Source: Octopus bimaculoides (Eukaryota). Taken from it: a DNA stretch of 36,714 bases. The translations under genes and the position numbers were made by a program. Below, piece after piece: positions 35,009 to 36,714 of this stretch. The notes beneath the pieces are model-generated. The model was not told the origin of the DNA and made no database searches. It worked only from the letters and a program-made list of their open reading frames with translations. Position 1 is the first letter of the stretch, and the number at the start of each line of letters is the position of its first letter. The DNA lies in assembly GCF_001194135.2 (NCBI RefSeq), contig NC_068983.1, forward strand, positions 110,501,239 to 110,537,952, read 5' to 3'.

Positions 35009-35010
35009 AT
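34885..35010. repeat. (CT)n microsatellite
   Basis: Direct reading; source of the LS/ER-rich ORFs. Confidence 0.95.
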
Positions 35011-36669
35011 GTTTACATATGTTTACATACATATAAGCAGCGCTTTCATGTTGGTAAAAACAAAAAGACGAATACACATTGAAGTGCGAAGAGTTTAAAC
35101 AACATGACTCATCTTGACTCATCTGGAACTGTGGTTGAGTATATATAAACGTATGATATGTATATTGAACTTTCCCACAAATACTTAATGTTTAACATTT
35201 AACAAACTATATACAACTCAATGACTCGCATAAAATGTAGAAATCCAAGAAATATATTGTATATGTTTCCTGGATTTGTATAAAATTATTGTATTTACAG
35301 GAGCAACAACTCACTAACAATAGTTACATTGTGCAACAATATGAATTCATGAATGTACGGCATATAAATATAGTATTAGTAAATACATTAATAAGATAAT
35401 GACAAAATATAAAAATAAAAATCAGTCCATAGCACATAACTGCTATCAAGAACATCAAGATCTCATAATATTGCATAGCTATGCAGTAGATTTCTTAAAG
35501 TTGCTTATAGTAAGCAGAAATTTATATGTATGGTGGAGAAACGAAGACAAATAAGATATTATTAAGAACTCACACTTTCTAAAATACTAAAAATACGACT
35601 GAAGGTAAGTTATTCCATTTGTTTTTCATAAATGAAATAGTATACGGAAGAAACATGATGAAATAGGATGCGTAACAGAATGAAAAGAATTCGTTACAAT
35701 GTTTCATTTTCTCCTATAATATTAGAAAACGTAAGTTTCTCACGAATATGATCCGTGAATTTCAATAATCATGAGAAGAAAAGGAAATGCTATGCAAATT
35801 AACGTTTTTTTTTTAGTTTCACCAATAACTATTGCGAAACGCCTTAATATGTATCAGGAATACATGCAAAGTAATGACATGCTAAATTTAGTACCATGTA
35901 TTAGAAACAACAATGTTTTTTTTAGTTTTTGAAGAGTTGGAAATAAACTAATCTACTATCGTTATAATTTTGATAATAAAATACTAGTAGAAATGCATAG
36001 AAAATGATGAGCAACATATATTTCCCATGAATATCATTACGTATTTTAACAATTAAAATGGAATCTGTCTAGATTTCATTGGTTTTTGTTTTTGTGGATT
36101 TGTTATGATCACTTATATTCATGTGGCATAAAATATTATAAATGAGATTATTTTAAATTACATTAGTTTACAATATGAAATTGAATCAATTTTAGCTAAA
36201 TTTTAATTAGCTTCGAGGGATAAAAACACTAGGATTACCTAATGGTGCAATAAAAATATTAGTAAATCCCATTTACTTTCTGATTTGAAAGTGGATTGAA
36301 CCAATTCACCTATCTTATATCAATAATATAACCAGGCAATGCAAGAACGCTATGAATATATTTGCCTCTGCTAAAACCATTAACTCTACGGTTATAATTT
36401 CCCCACACAACAACAATATCGTGAAACATAAGATCCAGAATGCTAATTATTCAAGATGTGATGAATTCTCCAGAGTGTTGCATTTAGAACAGATAACGTT
36501 ATAATCGAACATTACAATAAAGTACAAGAAATGCTATATTTTCAAAAAGTCTGCTAATATTTGAATGTGGGGGATATTACCACATTTTGGACTGGCATTT
36601 CGTTTCTTATAACTACACATACTCACACACATGTACAAACACAAACATAATTTAAACGCATACGGACAC

Positions 36670-36714
<45 letters not shown>
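36670..36714. repeat. (TA)n microsatellite running to the window end
   Basis: Direct reading. Confidence 0.95.

Noticed and set aside
1-36714. CRISPR arrays, rRNA, prokaryotic operons or phage genes
   Set aside because: No regularly spaced repeat-spacer array, no rRNA-like sequence and no gene-dense region; the DNA is eukaryotic and repeat-rich.

Overview
AT-rich, microsatellite-dense animal genomic DNA with four N gaps (3463-3717, 7928-8258, 9344-9933, 32208-32292). The tRNA-headed SINE families and the repeat landscape match what I recall of Octopus/coleoid cephalopod genomes; this is an inference, not a database result. I cannot support any host protein-coding gene with confidence. Most listed ORFs are microsatellite, gap or composition artefacts, or transposon fragments. 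Recognisable content: (1) at least four tRNA-derived SINE families; (2) LINE remnants (CR1/L2 group, RTE, possibly R2-like) and a Penelope-like RT remnant; (3) a near-complete but dead Chapaev-type (CMC/CACTA-related) DNA transposon at 18266-20609; (4) a decayed mariner at about 30690-31880; (5) a Helentron-type non-autonomous (DINE-1/HINE-like) element carrying a 617-bp internal insert. The most notable observation is a cluster of three copies of a short retroelement at 28687-29970. It combines a Pol III tRNA-like head, an (AAT)n tract and a minimal type I hammerhead ribozyme with a palindromic stem III; one copy has an intact core and two form an inverted pair. A SINE-free, strand-skewed stretch at about 11450-17370 holds a 114-aa ORF and exon-like segments and may be an unrecognised minus-strand transcription unit.
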